From positions 1-49,166 of the forward strand of contig NW_024705389.1 in NCBI RefSeq assembly GCF_018977255.1: a DNA stretch of 49,166 nt, written 5' to 3'. This stretch comes from Callorhinchus milii (taxonomy: Eukaryota). The notes beneath the pieces were generated by a model. The model had not been told where the DNA came from. It saw nothing but the letters and a program-made list of their open reading frames with translations, and searched no databases. Shown here one piece after another: positions 47,108-49,166 of this stretch. Position numbers and translations under genes: made by a program. The stretch's first letter is position 1, and every line of letters starts with the position of its first letter.

Positions 47108-47979
47108 ATTCTTAGGTTTTTTCGGTAAAGTCACGTAGGTAGAAACATTAAAAAGTAAAATAAAATAAAAATCACGTTTCGGAGGCAACACAAGCTTCTG
47201 TCTTCAGGTGGTACCGTCACAGCCACGACAGCTGTATCAAGTAAATGAGAGATTGCAGGAGCTACCACTCCGTTTATATAATGGTTGGATAAGGTGGTGG
47301 GGCAAGGGCCGCATACTTATTATTAATATGGTAAGGTGAGGCTTGAGACTAAGAATAGACTGCATAACAAAGGCTGAGCCTTTGTTTATGGAGAGGTGCG
47401 GTTTGTGACTCAACTTGTGACAGGGAGACCACCACTAAACATGGTAAAACAACCATCACAGTTTTACCATGTTTAGTGAGGTGAGGCTTGAGACTAAGAA
47501 TAGACTGCATAACAAAGGCTGTTATGGAGAGGTGCGGTTTGTGACTCAACCTGTGACAGGGAGACCACCACCACTAAACATGGTAAAACAACTATCACAG
47601 TTTTACCATGTTTAGTGGTGGTCTCCCTGTCACAGGTTGAGTCACAAACCGCACCTCTCCATAACAAAGGCTCAGCCTGTGTTATGCAGTCTATTCTTAG
47701 TCTCAAGCCTCACCTTACCATATTAATAAAAAGTATGCTGCCCTTGCCCCACCACCTTCTCCAACCATTATATAAACGGAGTGGTAGCTCCTGCAATCTC
47801 TCATTTACTTGATACAGCTGTCGTGGCTGTGACGGTACCACCTGAAGACGGAAGCTTGTGTTGCCTCCGAAACGTCGTGATTTTTATTTTATTTTACTTT
47901 TTAATGTTTTTACCTACGTGACTTTACCGAAAAAACCTAAGAATATGAATCATTGCAGTCACGAAAGCTTCAAATCTAG
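47108..47979 (+). mobile_element. Penelope-like palindromic insertion (inverted terminal-repeat copies)
   Basis: TSD AATAGAACATTTGCT (47093-47107, 47980-47994); ~345-bp inverted arms (47108-47450 / 47600-47944); same 3' tail as 9236-9472. Confidence 0.9.
47839..47879 (+). ncRNA. Minimal type I hammerhead ribozyme
   Basis: Same sequence as 9322-9362; predicted cleavage after C47876. Confidence 0.8.
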
Positions 47980-48009
47980 AATAGAACATTTGCTTTTTTT
48001 AATTGGCAT

Positions 48010-48930
48010 ATCATTTTGGACTATAAAATGGCAACCTTCATGAAGCACACTGTTAAGTCAGAAATCACGACTAATTCCATCAATCCAGCAACTGTCTGTA
48101 ATGTCTCCATCTCCTGGGCTACAACTCAAGGCATTGTAATGGAGTCCACATGAGGCGTGTCTTGGGGAAGGAACTTTATTTTCTCAATCAACATGCACGT
48201 GCTCATAGAAGCTTTGCCATAAAAAACCTCGGGCTTTTACCATGGTCCCTTTTTCATCCTCGGTCTCCCTGTTCCCCCTCTAACCTTCCAGATGGTTCAT
48301 GAATGCTCATCTTTCTTCCTTATCCGCTCAAAACTGCCCTTAGCCTTGTTATTCTGTTTCGATGCCTTTTCCCATTTAAACCCCTCAGCCAATCTCATGT
48401 TTCTCCCTACAAGCTGTCCAACTTTATTGTTATTTGCTTATGTATTTCAGGCATCCTTCAGCAACTCTTGCATAATCCATCAAATCACCCTTAAGTATCA
48501 GTTATCCTCTTCTACTAAAATATTCTTCACCAATTACTTTTCAACCAGTTGTAACCTCATATATCCTTGGGTCCCCAATAAACGCAACAGTGAAAAGAGG
48601 AAAAGAAGTACAGAAACACATACGCGCATTTGAATACAAAAATAATAATGGGAAATTTAGAAAAAAGAAAGGAAAAGATTGCAGTGTTTGAGAATCGAAA
48701 TCTATGTTCCTTCCTTCATTTATCAACTTACCCTTGTTCACAGCATCATAGCACCGTGTAACCTATGCAACACAACATCTTCGGGGAACATACATTATTT
48801 GCGGGAACTGATCCATTTATACTCCAATGATGTCCCTGAGATCTTCTGATTGCCTTCTTCTCAATACTCTGATGTCAGGGCTCTTTTCTGGGGTGATCAG
48901 GCTTATGCTCCTGTGCACCTCCCAAATCAA
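48010..48930 (-). pseudogene. Highly degraded L1/Tx1 ORF2 fragment (endonuclease end to RT start)
   Basis: Scattered minus-strand peptides NKAKG, EDEKGTMVKARGFY and G.DGI..DF occur in the order expected for the L1 tower-to-RT region; many stops. Confidence 0.35.
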
Positions 48931-49166
48931 AACACGCTTTAACCCTGTAATACAAAAATCAGTCGTTAAAATAATAATGTAAAGTATTATCTAACGAATA
49001 AACCAAAGGTGAACATTCCCGCGAATGTCACTGCATGAGCGTAGGAGCACTTGGTTTAACAGGACACCTGTTCCCCACACCCCCTCCCCCACAATGCTAC
49101 GTATATACAGGCATACTTTGAATCGCAATCATGCATAACTGGAGAAGTCAGCGCGAATAGAATCAG

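Overview
This is repeat-dense eukaryotic DNA. V-SINE-like repeats and the overall style point to a fish-grade vertebrate, possibly a lamprey; that host call is an inference. Contents in order: a 23-bp TC-rich minisatellite split by a 1.4-kb internally deleted Tx1/L1 element; frameshifted Glu/Lys/Arg-rich repeat exons of a putative minus-strand host gene; a hAT MITE; short Penelope-derived foldback insertions, some with hammerhead ribozymes and with 12-15 bp target-site duplications (TSDs); a Helentron-like non-autonomous element; and a possible bidirectional promoter. A full-length Gypsy element (14063-21294) has mismatched flanks. Two young copies of a MuDR-type Mutator transposon carry 10-bp TSDs, and one has perfect 72-bp terminal inverted repeats (TIRs) and an intact 572-aa transposase. 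Also present: two solo LTRs with 4-bp TSDs, a ~1.7-kb near-identical duplication within an older multi-copy module, a degraded Gypsy pol, and a split, inverted Penelope RT/GIY-YIG relic. No conserved housekeeping gene, rRNA, tRNA or CRISPR array is supported.
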